Positions 25,201-40,690 of a stretch of 64,000 bases of DNA are shown here, one piece after another. Below the pieces are notes generated by a model, which made no database searches, was not told where the DNA came from, and was given only the letters and a program-made list of their open reading frames with translations. The position numbers were made by a program, and so were the translations under genes. The stretch's first letter is position 1, and each line of letters opens with the position of its first letter. The DNA comes from Eledone cirrhosa (Eukaryota): assembly GCA_964016885.1 (NCBI GenBank), contig OZ024741.1, forward strand, positions 413,540,001-413,604,000, read 5' to 3'.

Positions 25201-26471
25201 CACTGCTCTGATACTACAGACATGTGGTTAGAATGTCTCAGGAAAGAATCTCTGAATTGAGAGATCACAGTTCTGATACTATGGACATGTCGTTAGAATG
25301 TCTCAGGAAATTTTCTCCAAATTGAGAAATCACAGCTCTGATATTACAGACATGTGGTTAGAATGTTTTAGGAAAGAATATCCAAATTGAGAGATCACAG
25401 CTCTGATATTACAGACATGTGGTTATAATGTCTCTTGAAAGAATCACTGGACTGAGAGATCACAGCTCTGATACTAAAGACATGTGGTTAGAATGTCTCA
25501 GGAAAGAATCTCTGAAATGAGAGATCACACCTCTGATACTATCGACATATGGTTAGAATGTCTCAGGAAAGAATCTCCAAATTGAGAGATCACAGGTCTG
25601 ATATTAGAGGCATGTGGTTAGAATGTCTCATGAAAGAATCACGGAATTGAGAGATCACAGCTCTGATACTACAGACATGTGGTTAGAATGTCTCAGGAAA
25701 GAATCTCTGGATTGAGAGATCACAGCTCTGATACTACAGACATGTGGTTAGAATGTCTCATGAAAGAATCACTGGATTGAGATATCACAGCTCTGATACT
25801 ACAGACATGTGGTTAGAATGTCTCAGGAAAGAATCTCCAAATTGAGAGATCACAGCTCTGATATTACAGACATGTGGTTATAACGTCTCATGAAAGAATC
25901 ACTGGATTGAGAGATCACAGTTCTGATACTATGGACATGTGGTTAGAATGTCTGAGGAAATTTTCTCCAAATTGTGAGGTCACAGCTCTGATATTACAGA
26001 CATGTGGTTAGAATATTTCATGCAAGAATCACTGGATTGAGAGATCACAGCTCTGACACGACAGACATGTGGTTAGAATGTCTCAGGAAAGAATCTCCAA
26101 ATTGAGAGATCACAGCTCTGATATTACAGACATGTGGTTATAATGTCTCAAGAAAGAATCACTGCATTGAGAGCTCACAGCTCTGATACTACAGACATGT
26201 GGTTAGAATGTCTCAGGAAAGAATCTCTGGATTGAGAGATCACAGCTCTGATACTTCAGACATGTGGTTAGAATGTCTCAGGAAAGAATCTCTGAATTGA
26301 GAGATCACAGTTCTGATACTATTGACATGTGGTTAGAATGTCTTAGGAAAGAATCTTGGATTGAGAGATCACAGCTCTGATACTTCAGACATGTGGTTAG
26401 AATGTCTCAGGAAAGAATCTCCAAATTGAGAGATTACAGCTCTGATATTAGAGGCATGTGGTTAGAATGTC
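10213..26471 (+). repeat. 8121-bp (~125-monomer) near-identical tandem duplication
   Basis: Markers at +8121: TCGGAAAG 10231/18352, AGGTCTGATCC 11431/19552, TGCTTATAAC 13401/21522, GATTACAGC 18311/26432. Confidence 0.9.
13289..13340 (+). other. 52-nt purine/G-rich non-satellite patch replacing 51 nt of a monomer
   Basis: GACCAGGCGGGGCAAGATAGGGGA-G13-AGAAGAAAGGGGAAA. The paralogous position 21411-21461 has normal monomer sequence. Confidence 0.9.
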
Positions 26472-27169
26472 TCATGAAAGAATCACGGAATTGAGAGATC
26501 ACAGCTCTGATACTACAGACATGTGGTTAGAATGTCTCAGGAAAGAATCTCTGGATTGAGAGATCACAGCTCTGATACTTCAGACATGGGGGTTAGAATG
26601 TCTCAGGAAAGAATCTCTGAATTGAGAGATCACAGTTCTGATACTATGGACATGTGGTTAGAATGTCTTAGGAAAGAATCTCCAATTGAGAGATCACAGC
26701 TCTGATATTACAGACATGGGGGTTAGAATGTCTCAGGAAAGAATCTCTGGATTGAGAGATCACAGTTCTGATACTATGGACATGTGGTTAGAATGTCTGA
26801 GGAAGGAATCTCCAAATTGAGAGCTCACACCTCTGATACTACAGACATGTGGTTAGAATGTCTCAGGAAAGAATCTCCAAGTTGAGAGATCACAGCTCTG
26901 ATACTACAGACATGTGGTTAGAATGTCTCAGGAAAGAATCTCTGAATTGAGAGATCACAGTTCTGATACTATGGACATGTGGTTAGAATGTCTCAGGAAA
27001 TTTTCTCCAAATTGAGAGATCACAGCTCTGATAATACAGGCATGGGGTTAGAATGTCTCATGAAAGAATCACTGGATTGAGAGATCACAGCTCTGATACT
27101 ACAGACATGTGGTTAGAATGTCTCATGAAAGAATCACTGGATTGAGATATCACAGCTCTGATACTACAT

Positions 27170-30100
27170 ACATGTGGTTAGAATGTCTCAGGAAAGAATC
27201 TCCAAATTGAGAGATCACAGCTCTGATATTACAGACATGTGGTTATAATGTCTCATGAAAGAATCACTGGATTGAGAGATCACAGCTCTGATACTTCAGA
27301 CATGTGGTTAAAATGTTTCAGGAAAGAATCTCCAAATTGAGAGATCACAGCTCTGATACTACAGACATGTGGTTAGAATGTCTCAGGAAAGAATCTCTGA
27401 ATTGAGAAATCACAGTTCTGATACTATGGACATGTGGTTAGAATGTCTGAGGAAATTTTCTCCAAATTGAGAGGTCACAGCTCTGATATTACAGGCATGT
27501 GGTTAGAATGTTTCATGCAAGAATCACTGGATTGAGAGATCACAGCTCTGACACGACAGACATGTGGTTAGAATGTCTCAGGAAAGAATCTCCAAATTGA
27601 GAGATCACAGCTCTGATATTAGAGGCATGTGGTTAGAATGTCTCATGAAAGAATCACGGAATTGAGAGATCACAGCTCTGATACTACAGACATGTGGTTA
27701 GAATGTCTCAGGAAAGAATCTCTGAATTGAGAGATCACAGTTCTGATACTATGGACATGTGGTTAGAATGTCTTAGGAAAGAATCTCCAAATTGAGAGAT
27801 CACAGCTCTGATATTACAGACATGGGGGTTAGAATGTCTCAGGAAAGAATCTCTGGATTGAGAGATCACAGTTCTGATACTATGGACATGTGGTTAGAAT
27901 GACTCAGGAAATTTTCTCCAAATTGAGAGATCACAGCTCTGATATTACAGGCATGCGGTTAGAATCTCTCATGAAAGAATCACTGGATTGAGAGATCACA
28001 GCTCTGATACTACAGACATGTGGTTAGAATGTCTCATGAAAGAATCACTGGATTGAGAGATCACAGCTCTGATACTACAGACATGTGGTTAGAATGTCTC
28101 AGGAAAGAATCTCCAAATTGAGAAATCACAGCTCTGATATTACAGACATGTGGTTATAATGTCTCATGAAAGAATCACTGGATTGAGAGATCACAGCTCT
28201 GATACTTCAGACATGTGGTTAGAATGTCTCAGGAAAGTATCTCCAAATTGAGAGATCACAGCTCTGATACTACAAACATGTGGTTATAATGTCTCAGGAC
28301 AGAATATCTGGATTGAGAGATCACAGCTCTGATACTTCAGACATGTGGTTAGAATGTCTCAAGAAAGAATCTCTGAATTGAGAGATCACAGTTCTGATAC
28401 TATGGACATGTGGTTAGAATGTCTGAGGAAGGGATCTCCAAATTGAGAGCTCACACCTCTGATACTACAGACATGTGGTTAGAATGTCTCAGGAAAGAAT
28501 CTCCAAGTTGAGAGATCACAGCTCTGATACTACAGACATGTGGTTAGAATGTCTCAGGAAAGAATCTCTGAATTGAGAGATCACAGTTCTGATACTATGG
28601 ACATGTGGTTAGAATGTCTCAGAAAATTTTCTCCAAATTGAGAGATCACAGCTCTGATAATACAGGCATGGGGTTAGAATGTCTCATGAAAGAATCACTG
28701 GATTGAGAGATCACAGCTCTGATACTACAGACATGTGGTTAGAATGTCTCATGAAAGAATCACTGGATTGAGATATCACAGCTCTGATACTACAGACATG
28801 TGGTTAGAATGTCTCAGGAAAGAATCTCCAAATTGAGAGATCACAGCTCTGATATTACAGACATGTGGTTATAATGTCTCATGAAAGAATCACTGGATTG
28901 AGAGATCACAGCTCTGATACTTCAGACATGTGGTTAGAATGTTTCAGGAAAGAATCTCCAAATTGAGAGATCACAGCTCTGACACTACAGACATGTGTTT
29001 AGAATGTCTCAGGAAAGAATCTCTGAATTGAGAGATCACAGGTCTGATACTATGGACATGTGGTTAGAATGTCTTAGGAAAGAATCTCCAAATTGAGAGA
29101 TCACAGCTCTGATACTACAGACATGTGGTTAGAATGTCTCAGGAAAGAATCTCTTAGTTGAGAGATCACAGCTCTGATACTACAGACATGTGGTTAGAAT
29201 GTCTCAGGAAAGAATCTCTGAATTGAGAAATCACAGTTCTGATACTATGGACATGTGGTTAGAATGTCTCAGGAAATTTTCTCCAAATTGAGAGGTCACA
29301 GCTCTGATATTACAGGCATGTGGTTAGAATGTCTCATGAAAAAATCACTGGATTGAGAGATCACAGCTCTGACACGAAAGACATGTGGTTAGAATGTCTC
29401 AGGAAAGAATCTCCAAATTGAGAGATCACAGCTCTGATATTACAGACATGTGGTTATAATGTCTCATGAAAGAATCACTGCATTGAGAGCTCACAGCTCT
29501 GATACTACACACATGTGGTTAGAATGTCTCAGGAAAGAATCTGGGATTGAGAGATCACAGCTCTGATACTTCAGACATGTGGTTAGAATGTCTCAGGAAA
29601 GAATCTCCAAATTGAGAGATCACAGCTCTGATACTACAGACATGTGGTTAGAATGTCTCAGGAAAGAATCTCTGAATTGAGAGATCACAGTTCTGATACT
29701 ATGGACATGTGGTTAGAATGTCTCAGAAAATTTTCTCCAAATTGAGAGATCACAGCTCTGATAATACAGGCATGGGGTTAGAATGTCTCATGAAAGAATC
29801 ACTGGATTGAGAGATCACAGCTCTGATACTACAGACATGTGGTTAGAATGTCTCAGGAAAGAATCTCCAAATTGAGAGATCACAGCTCTGATATTACAGA
29901 CATGTGGTTATAATGTCTCATGAAAGAATCACTGGATTGAGAGATCACAGCTCTGATACTTCAGACATGTGGTTAGAATGTTTCAGGAAAGAATCTCCAA
30001 ATTGAGAGATCACAGCTCTGACACTACAGACATGTGTTTAGAATGTCTCAGGAAAGAATCTCTGAATTGAGAGATCACAGGTCTGATACTATGGACATGT

Positions 30101-33100
30101 GGTTAGAATGTCTTAGGAAAGAATCTCCAAATTGAGAGATCACAGCTCTGATACTACAGACATGTGGTTAGAATGTCTCAGGAAAGAATCTCTTAGTTGA
30201 GAGATCACAGCTCTGATACTACAGACATGTGGTTAGAATGTCTCAGGAAAGAATCTCTGAATTGAGAAATCACAGTTCTGATACTATGGACATGTGGTTA
30301 GAATGTCTCAGGAAATTTTCTCCAAATTGAGAGGTCACAGCTCTGATATTACAGGCATGTGGTTATAATGTCTCATGAAAAAATCACTGGATTGAGAGAT
30401 CACAGCTCTGACACGAAAGACATGTGGTTAGAATGTCTCAGGAAAGAATCTCCAAATTGACAGATCACAGCTCTGATATTACAGACATGTGGTTATAATG
30501 TCTCATGAAAGAATCACTGCATTGAGAGCTCACAGCTCTGATACTACACACATGTGGTTAGAATGTTTCAGGAAAGAATCTGGGATTGAGAGATCACAGC
30601 TCTGATACTTCAGACATGTGGTTAGAATGTCTCAGGAAAGAATCTCCAAATTGAGAGATCACAGCTCTGATACTACAGACATGTGGTTAGAATGTCTCAG
30701 GAAAGAATCTCTGGATTGAGAGATCACAGCTCTGATACTACAGACATGTGGTTAGAATGTCTCAGGAAATTTTCTCCAAATTGAGAGATCACAGCTCTGA
30801 TATTACAGGCATGTGGTTAGAATGTTTCATGCAACAATCACTGGATTGGGAGATCACAGCTCTGATACTTCAGACATGTGGTTAGAATGTCTCAGGAAAG
30901 AATCTCCAAATTGAGAGATCACAGCTCTGACATTACAGACATGTGGTTATAATGTCTCATGAAAGAATCACTGGATTGAGAGATCACAGCTCTGATACTT
31001 CAGACATGTGGTTAGAATGTCTCAGGAAAGTATCTCCAAATTGAGAGATCACAGCTCTGATACTACAAACATGTGGTTATAATGTCTCAGGACAGAATAT
31101 CTGGATTGAGAGATCACAGCTCTGATACTTCAACATGTGGTTAGAATGTCTCAGGAAAGAATCTCTGAATTGAGAGATCACAGTTCTGATACTATGGACA
31201 TGTGGTTAGAATGTCTGAGGAAGGGATCTCCAAATTGAGAGCTTACACCTCTGATACTACAGACATGTGGTTAGAATGTCTCAGGAAAGAATCTCCAAGT
31301 TGAGAGATCACAGCTCTGATACTACAGACATGTGGTTAGAATGTCTCAGGAAAGAATCTCTGAATTGAGAGATCACAGTTCTGATACTATGGACATGTGG
31401 TTAGAATGTCTCAGAAAATTTTCTCCAAATTGAGAGATCACAGCTCTGATAATACAGGCATGGGGTTAGAATGTCTCATGAAAGAATCACTGGATTGAGA
31501 GATCACAGCTCTGATACTACAGACATGTGGTTAGAATGTCTCATGAAAGAATCACTGGATTGAGATATCACAGCTCTGATACTACAGACATGTGGTTAGA
31601 ATGTCTCAGGAAAGAATCTCCAAATTGAGAGATCACAGCTCTGATATTACAGACATGTGGTTATAATGTCTCATGAAAGAATCACTGGATTGAGAGATCA
31701 CAGCTCTGATACTTCAGACATGTGGTTAGAATGTTTCAGGAAAGAATCTCCAAATTGAGAGATCACAGCTCTGACACTACAGACATGTGTTTAGAATGTC
31801 TCAGGAAAGAATCTCTGAATTGAGAGATCACAGGTCTGATACTATGGACATGTGGTTAGAATGTCTTAGGAAAGAATCTCCAAATTGAGAGATCACAGCT
31901 CTGATACTACAGACATGTGGTTAGAATGTCTCAGGAAAGAATCTCTTAGTTGAGAGATCACAGCTCTGATACTACAGACATGTGGTTAGAATGTCTCAGG
32001 AAAGAATCTCTGAATTGAGAAATCACAGTTCTGATACTATGGACATGTGGTTAGAATGTCTCAGGAAATTTTCTCCAAATTGAGAGGTCACAGCTCTGAT
32101 ATTACAGGCATGTGGTTAGAATGTCTCATGAAAAAATCACTGGATTGAGAGATCACAGCTCTGACACGAAAGACATGTGTTTAGAATGTCTCAGGAAAGA
32201 ATCTCCAAATTGAGAGATCACAGCTCTGATATTACAGACATGTGGTTATAATGTCTCATGAAAGAATCACTGCATTGAGAGCTCACAGCTCTGATACTAC
32301 ACACATGTGGTTAGAATGTCTCAGGAAAGAATCTGGGATTGAGAGATCACAGCTCTGATACTTCAGACATGTGGTTAGAATGTCTCAGGAAAGAATCTCC
32401 AAATTGAGAGATCACAGCTCTGATACTACAGACATGTGGTTAGAATGTCTCAGGAAAGAATCTCTGGATTGAGAGATCACAGCTCTGATACTACAGACAT
32501 GTGGTTAGAATGTCTCAGGAAATTTTCTCCAAATTGAGAGATCACAGCTCTGATATTACAGGCATGTGGTTAGAATGTTTCATGCAACAATCACTGGATT
32601 GGGAGATCACAGCTCTGATACTTCAGACATGTGGTTAGAATGTCTCAGGAAAGAATCTCCAAATTGAGAGATCACAGCTCTGACATTACAGACATGTGGT
32701 TATAATGTCTCATGAAAGAATCACTGGATTGAGAGATCACAGCTCTAATACTATGGACATGTGGTTAGAATGTCTCAGTAAAGAATCACTGGATTGAGAG
32801 CTCACAGCTCTGATACTACACACATGTGGTTAGAATGTCTCAGGAAAGAATCGCTGAATTGAGAGATCACAGTTTTGATACTATGGACATGTGGTTAGAA
32901 TGTCTCAGGAAGGAATCTCCAAATTGAGAGATCACAGGTCTGATATTAGAGGCATGTGGTTAGAATGTCTCATGAAAGAATCACGGAATTGAGAGATCAC
33001 AGCTCTGATACTACAGACATGTGGTTAGAATGTCTCAGGAAAGAATCTCTGGATTGAGAGATCACAGCTCTGATACTACAGACATGTGGTTAGAATGTCT

Positions 33101-36100
33101 CATGAAAGAATCACTGGATTGAGATATCACAGCTCTGATACTACAGACATGTGGTTAGAATGTCTCAGGAAAGAATCTCCAAATTGAGAGATCACAGCTC
33201 TGATATTACAGACATGTGGTTATAATGTCTCATGAAAGAATCACTGGATTGAGAGATCACAGCTCTGATACTTCAGACATGTGGTTAGAATGTTTCAGGA
33301 AAGAATCTCCAAATTTTAGAGATCACAGCTCTGATACTACAGAAATGTGGTTAGAATGTCTCAGGAAAGAATCTCTGAATTGAGACATCACAGCTCTGAT
33401 ACTTCAGACATGTGGTTAGAATCTCTCAGGAAAGAATCTTCAAATTGAGAGATCACTGCTCTGATACTACAGACATGTGGTTAGAATGTCTCAGGAAAGA
33501 ATCTCTGAATTGAGAGATCACAGTTCTGAAACTATGGACATGTCGTTAGAATGTCTCAGGAAATTTTCTCCAAATTGAGAGATCACAGCTCTGATATTAC
33601 AGACATGTGGTTAGAATGTTTTAGGAAAGAATCTGCAAATTGAGAGATCACAGCTCTGATATTACAGACATGTGGTTATAATGTCTCATGAAAGAATCAC
33701 TGGATTGAGAGATCACAGCTCTGATACTACAGACATGTGGTTAGAATGTCTCAGGAAAGAATCTCTGAAATGAGAGATCACAGCTCTGATACTATCGATC
33801 TGTGGTTAGAATGTCTCATGAAAGAATCACTGGATTGAGAGATCACAGCTCTGACAGGACAGACATGTGGTTAGAATGTCTCAGGAAAGAATCTCCAAAT
33901 TGAGAGATCACAGCTCTGATATTACAGACATGTGGTTATAATGTCTCATGAAAGAATCACTGGATTGAGAGATCACAGCTCTGATACTTCAGACATGTGG
34001 TTAAAATGTTTCAGGAAAGAATCTCCAAATTGAGAGATCACAGCTCTGATACTACAGACATGTGGTTAGAATGTCTCAGGAAAGAATCTCTGAATTGAGA
34101 AATCACAGTTCTGATACTATGGACATGTGGTTAGAATGTCTGAGGAAATTTTCTCCAAATTGAGAGGTCACAGCTCTGATATTACAGGCATGTGGTTAGA
34201 ATGTTTCATGCAAGAATCACTGGATTGAGAGATCACAGCTCTGACACGACAGACATGTGGTTAGAATGTCTCAGGAAAGAATCTCCAAATTGAGAGATCA
34301 CAGCTCTGATATTAGAGGCATGTGGTTAGAATGTCTCATGAAAGAATCACGGAATTGAGAGATCACAGCTCTGATACTACAGACATGTGGTTAGAATGTC
34401 TCAGGAAAGAATCTCTGAATTGAGAGATCACAGTTCTGATACTATGGACATGTGGTTAGAATGTCTTAGGAAAGAATCTCCAAATTGAGAGATCACAGCT
34501 CTGATATTACAGACATGGGGGTTAGAATGTCTCAGGAAAGAATCTCTGGATTGAGAGATCACAGTTCTGATACTATGGACATGTGGTTAGAATGACTCAG
34601 GAAATTTTCTCCAAATTGAGAGATCACAGCTCTGATATTACAGGCATGCGGTTAGAATCTCTCATGAAAGAATCACTGGATTGAGAGATCACAGCTCTGA
34701 TACTACAGACATGTGGTTAGAATGTCTCATGAAAGAATCACTGGATTGAGAGATCACAGCTCTGATACTACAGACATGTGGTTAGAATGTCTCAGGAAAG
34801 AATCTCCAAATTGAGAAATCACAGCTCTGATATTACAGACATGTGGTTATAATGTCTCATGAAAGAATCACTGGATTGAGAGATCACAGCTCTGATACTT
34901 CAGACATGTGGTTAGAATGTCTCAGGAAAGTATCTCCAAATTGAGAGATCACAGCTCTGATACTACAAACATGTGGTTATAATGTCTCAGGACAGAATAT
35001 CTGGATTGAGAGATCACAGCTCTGATACTTCAGACATGTGGTTAGAATGTCTCAAGAAAGAATCTCTGAATTGAGAGATCACAGTTCTGATACTATGGAC
35101 ATGTGGTTAGAATGTCTGAGGAAGGGATCTCCAAATTGAGAGCTCACACCTCTGATACTACAGACATGTGGTTAGAATGTCTCAGGAAAGAATCTCCAAG
35201 TTGAGAGATCACAGCTCTGATACTACAGACATGTGGTTAGAATGTCTCAGGAAAGAATCTCTGAATTGAGAGATCACAGTTCTGATACTATGGACATGTG
35301 GTTAGAATGTCTCAGAAAATTTTCTCCAAATTGAGAGATCACAGCTCTGATAATACAGGCATGGGGTTAGAATGTCTCATGAAAGAATCACTGGATTGAG
35401 AGATCACAGCTCTGATACTACAGACATGTGGTTAGAATGTCTCATGAAAGAATCACTGGATTGAGATATCACAGCTCTGATACTACAGACATGTGGTTAG
35501 AATGTCTCAGGAAAGAATCTCCAAATTGAGAGATCACAGCTCTGATATTACAGACATGTGGTTATAATGTCTCATGAAAGAATCACTGGATTGAGAGATC
35601 ACAGCTCTGATACTTCAGACATGTGGTTAGAATGTTTCAGGAAAGAATCTCCAAATTGAGAGATCACAGCTCTGACACTACAGACATGTGTTTAGAATGT
35701 CTCAGGAAAGAATCTCTGAATTGAGAGATCACAGGTCTGATACTATGGACATGTGGTTAGAATGTCTTAGGAAAGAATCTCCAAATTGAGAGATCACAGC
35801 TCTGATACTACAGACATGTGGTTAGAATGTCTCAGGAAAGAATCTCTTAGTTGAGAGATCACAGCTCTGATACTACAGACATGTGGTTAGAATGTCTCAG
35901 GAAAGAATCTCTGAATTGAGAAATCACAGTTCTGATACTATGGACATGTGGTTAGAATGTCTCAGGAAATTTTCTCCAAATTGAGAGGTCACAGCTCTGA
36001 TATTACAGGCATGTGGTTAGAATGTCTCATGAAAAAATCACTGGATTGAGAGATCACAGCTCTGACACGAAAGACATGTGGTTAGAATGTCTCAGGAAAG

Positions 36101-39100
36101 AATCTCCAAATTGAGAGATCACAGCTCTGATATTACAGACATGTGGTTATAATGTCTCATGAAAGAATCACTGCATTGAGAGCTCACAGCTCTGATACTA
36201 CACACATGTGGTTAGAATGTCTCAGGAAAGAATCTGGGATTGAGAGATCACAGCTCTGATACTTCAGACATGTGGTTAGAATGTCTCAGGAAAGAATCTC
36301 CAAATTGAGAGATCACAGCTCTGATACTACAGACATGTGGTTAGAATGTCTCAGGAAAGAATCTCTGAATTGAGAGATCACAGTTCTGATACTATGGACA
36401 TGTGGTTAGAATGTCTCAGAAAATTTTCTCCAAATTGAGAGATCACAGCTCTGATAATACAGGCATGGGGTTAGAATGTCTCATGAAAGAATCACTGGAT
36501 TGAGAGATCACAGCTCTGATACTACAGACATGTGGTTAGAATGTCTCATGAAAGAATCACTGGATTGAGATATCACAGCTCTGATACTACAGACATGTGG
36601 TTAGAATGTCTCAGGAAAGAATCTCCAAATTGAGAGATCACAGCTCTGATATTACAGACATGTGGTTATAATGTCTCATGAAAGAATCACTGGATTGAGA
36701 GATCACAGCTCTGATACTTCAGACATGTGGTTAGAATGTTTCAGGAAAGAATCTCCAAATTGAGAGATCACAGCTCTGACACTACAGACATGTGTTTAGA
36801 ATGTCTCAGGAAAGAATCTCTGAATTGAGAGATCACAGGTCTGATACTATGGACATGTGGTTAGAATGTCTTAGGAAAGAATCTCCAAATTGAGAGATCA
36901 CAGCTCTGATACTACAGACATGTGGTTAGAATGTCTCAGGAAAGAATCTCTTAGTTGAGAGATCACAGCTCTGATACTACAGACATGTGGTTAGAATGTC
37001 TCAGGAAAGAATCTCTGAATTGAGAAATCACAGTTCTGATACTATGGACATGTGGTTAGAATGTCTCAGGAAATTTTCTCCAAATTGAGAGGTCACAGCT
37101 CTGATATTACAGGCATGTGGTTATAATGTCTCATGAAAAAATCACTGGATTGAGAGATCACAGCTCTGACACGAAAGACATGTGGTTAGAATGTCTCAGG
37201 AAAGAATCTCCAAATTGACAGATCACAGCTCTGATATTACAGACATGTGGTTATAATGTCTCATGAAAGAATCACTGCATTGAGAGCTCACAGCTCTGAT
37301 ACTACACACATGTGGTTAGAATGTTTCAGGAAAGAATCTGGGATTGAGAGATCACAGCTCTGATACTTCAGACATGTGGTTAGAATGTCTCAGGAAAGAA
37401 TCTCCAAATTGAGAGATCACAGCTCTGATACTACAGACATGTGGTTAGAATGTCTCAGGAAAGAATCTCTGGATTGAGAGATCACAGCTCTGATACTACA
37501 GACATGTGGTTAGAATGTCTCAGGAAATTTTCTCCAAATTGAGAGATCACAGCTCTGATATTACAGGCATGTGGTTAGAATGTTTCATGCAACAATCACT
37601 GGATTGGGAGATCACAGCTCTGATACTTCAGACATGTGGTTAGAATGTCTCAGGAAAGAATCTCCAAATTGAGAGATCACAGCTCTGACATTACAGACAT
37701 GTGGTTATAATGTCTCATGAAAGAATCACTGGATTGAGAGATCACAGCTCTGATACTTCAGACATGTGGTTAGAATGTCTCAGGAAAGTATCTCCAAATT
37801 GAGAGATCACAGCTCTGATACTACAAACATGTGGTTATAATGTCTCAGGACAGAATATCTGGATTGAGAGATCACAGCTCTGATACTTCAACATGTGGTT
37901 AGAATGTCTCAGGAAAGAATCTCTGAATTGAGAGATCACAGTTCTGATACTATGGACATGTGGTTAGAATGTCTGAGGAAGGGATCTCCAAATTGAGAGC
38001 TTACACCTCTGATACTACAGACATGTGGTTAGAATGTCTCAGGAAAGAATCTCCAAGTTGAGAGATCACAGCTCTGATACTACAGACATGTGGTTAGAAT
38101 GTCTCAGGAAAGAATCTCTGAATTGAGAGATCACAGTTCTGATACTATGGACATGTGGTTAGAATGTCTCAGAAAATTTTCTCCAAATTGAGAGATCACA
38201 GCTCTGATAATACAGGCATGGGGTTAGAATGTCTCATGAAAGAATCACTGGATTGAGAGATCACAGCTCTGATACTACAGACATGTGGTTAGAATGTCTC
38301 ATGAAAGAATCACTGGATTGAGATATCACAGCTCTGATACTACAGACATGTGGTTAGAATGTCTCAGGAAAGAATCTCCAAATTGAGAGATCACAGCTCT
38401 GATATTACAGACATGTGGTTATAATGTCTCATGAAAGAATCACTGGATTGAGAGATCACAGCTCTGATACTTCAGACATGTGGTTAGAATGTTTCAGGAA
38501 AGAATCTCCAAATTGAGAGATCACAGCTCTGACACTACAGACATGTGTTTAGAATGTCTCAGGAAAGAATCTCTGAATTGAGAGATCACAGGTCTGATAC
38601 TATGGACATGTGGTTAGAATGTCTTAGGAAAGAATCTCCAAATTGAGAGATCACAGCTCTGATACTACAGACATGTGGTTAGAATGTCTCAGGAAAGAAT
38701 CTCTTAGTTGAGAGATCACAGCTCTGATACTACAGACATGTGGTTAGAATGTCTCAGGAAAGAATCTCTGAATTGAGAAATCACAGTTCTGATACTATGG
38801 ACATGTGGTTAGAATGTCTCAGGAAATTTTCTCCAAATTGAGAGGTCACAGCTCTGATATTACAGGCATGTGGTTAGAATGTCTCATGAAAAAATCACTG
38901 GATTGAGAGATCACAGCTCTGACACGAAAGACATGTGTTTAGAATGTCTCAGGAAAGAATCTCCAAATTGAGAGATCACAGCTCTGATATTACAGACATG
39001 TGGTTATAATGTCTCATGAAAGAATCACTGCATTGAGAGCTCACAGCTCTGATACTACACACATGTGGTTAGAATGTCTCAGGAAAGAATCTGGGATTGA

Positions 39101-40690
39101 GAGATCACAGCTCTGATACTTCAGACATGTGGTTAGAATGTCTCAGGAAAGAATCTCCAAATTGAGAGATCACAGCTCTGATACTACAGACATGTGGTTA
39201 GAATGTCTCAGGAAAGAATCTCTGGATTGAGAGATCACAGCTCTGATACTACAGACATGTGGTTAGAATGTCTCAGGAAATTTTCTCCAAATTGAGAGAT
39301 CACAGCTCTGATATTACAGGCATGTGGTTAGAATGTTTCATGCAACAATCACTGGATTGGGAGATCACAGCTCTGATACTTCAGACATGTGGTTAGAATG
39401 TCTCAGGAAAGAATCTCCAAATTGAGAGATCACAGCTCTGACATTACAGACATGTGGTTATAATGTCTCATGAAAGAATCACTGGATTGAGAGATCACAG
39501 CTCTAATACTATGGACATGTGGTTAGAATGTCTCAGTAAAGAATCACTGGATTGAGAGCTCACAGCTCTGATACTACACACATGTGGTTAGAATGTCTCA
39601 GGAAAGAATCGCTGAATTGAGAGATCACAGTTTTGATACTATGGACATGTGGTTAGAATGTCTCAGGAAGGAATCTCCAAATTGAGAGATCACAGGTCTG
39701 ATATTAGAGGCATGTGGTTAGAATGTCTCATGAAAGAATCACGGAATTGAGAGATCACAGCTCTGATACTACAGACATGTGGTTAGAATGTCTCAGGAAA
39801 GAATCTCTGGATTGAGAGATCACAGCTCTGATACTACAGACATGTGGTTAGAATGTCTCATGAAAGAATCACTGGATTGAGATATCACAGCTCTGATACT
39901 ACAGACATGTGGTTAGAATGTCTCAGGAAAGAATCTCCAAATTGAGAGATCACAGCTCTGATATTACAGACATGTGGTTATAATGTCTCATGAAAGAATC
40001 ACTGGATTGAGAGATCACAGCTCTGATACTTCAGACATGTGGTTAGAATGTTTCAGGAAAGAATCTCCAAATTTTAGAGATCACAGCTCTGATACTACAG
40101 AAATGTGGTTAGAATGTCTCAGGAAAGAATCTCTGAATTGAGACATCACAGCTCTGATACTTCAGACATGTGGTTAGAATCTCTCAGGAAAGAATCTTCA
40201 AATTGAGAGATCACTGCTCTGATACTACAGACATGTGGTTAGAATGTCTCAGGAAAGAATCTCTGAATTGAGAGATCACAGTTCTGAAACTATGGACATG
40301 TCGTTAGAATGTCTCAGGAAATTTTCTCCAAATTGAGAGATCACAGCTCTGATATTACAGACATGTGGTTAGAATGTTTTAGGAAAGAATCTGCAAATTG
40401 AGAGATCACAGCTCTGATATTACAGACATGTGGTTATAATGTCTCATGAAAGAATCACTGGATTGAGAGATCACAGCTCTGATACTACAGACATGTGGTT
40501 AGAATGTCTCAGGAAAGAATCTCTGAAATGAGAGATCACAGCTCTGATACTATCGATCTGTGGTTAGAATGTCTCATGAAAGAATCACTGGATTGAGAGA
40601 TCACAGCTCTGACAGGACAGACATGTGGTTAGAATGTCTCAGGAAAGAATCTCCAAATTGAGAGATCACAGCTCTGATATTACAGACATG
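27170..40690 (+). repeat. ~6.7-kb (103/104-monomer) near-identical tandem duplication
   Basis: Markers at +6693 (TTAAAATGTTT 27308/34001, GCATGCGG 27951/34644), then at +6758 (30461/37219, ATTTTAGA 33313/40071, GACAGGAC 33853/40611), so copy 2 has one extra monomer. Confidence 0.9.

Noticed and set aside
26523-26705. 60-aa ORF in the satellite
   Set aside because: A chance open frame created by 1-bp indels in monomers
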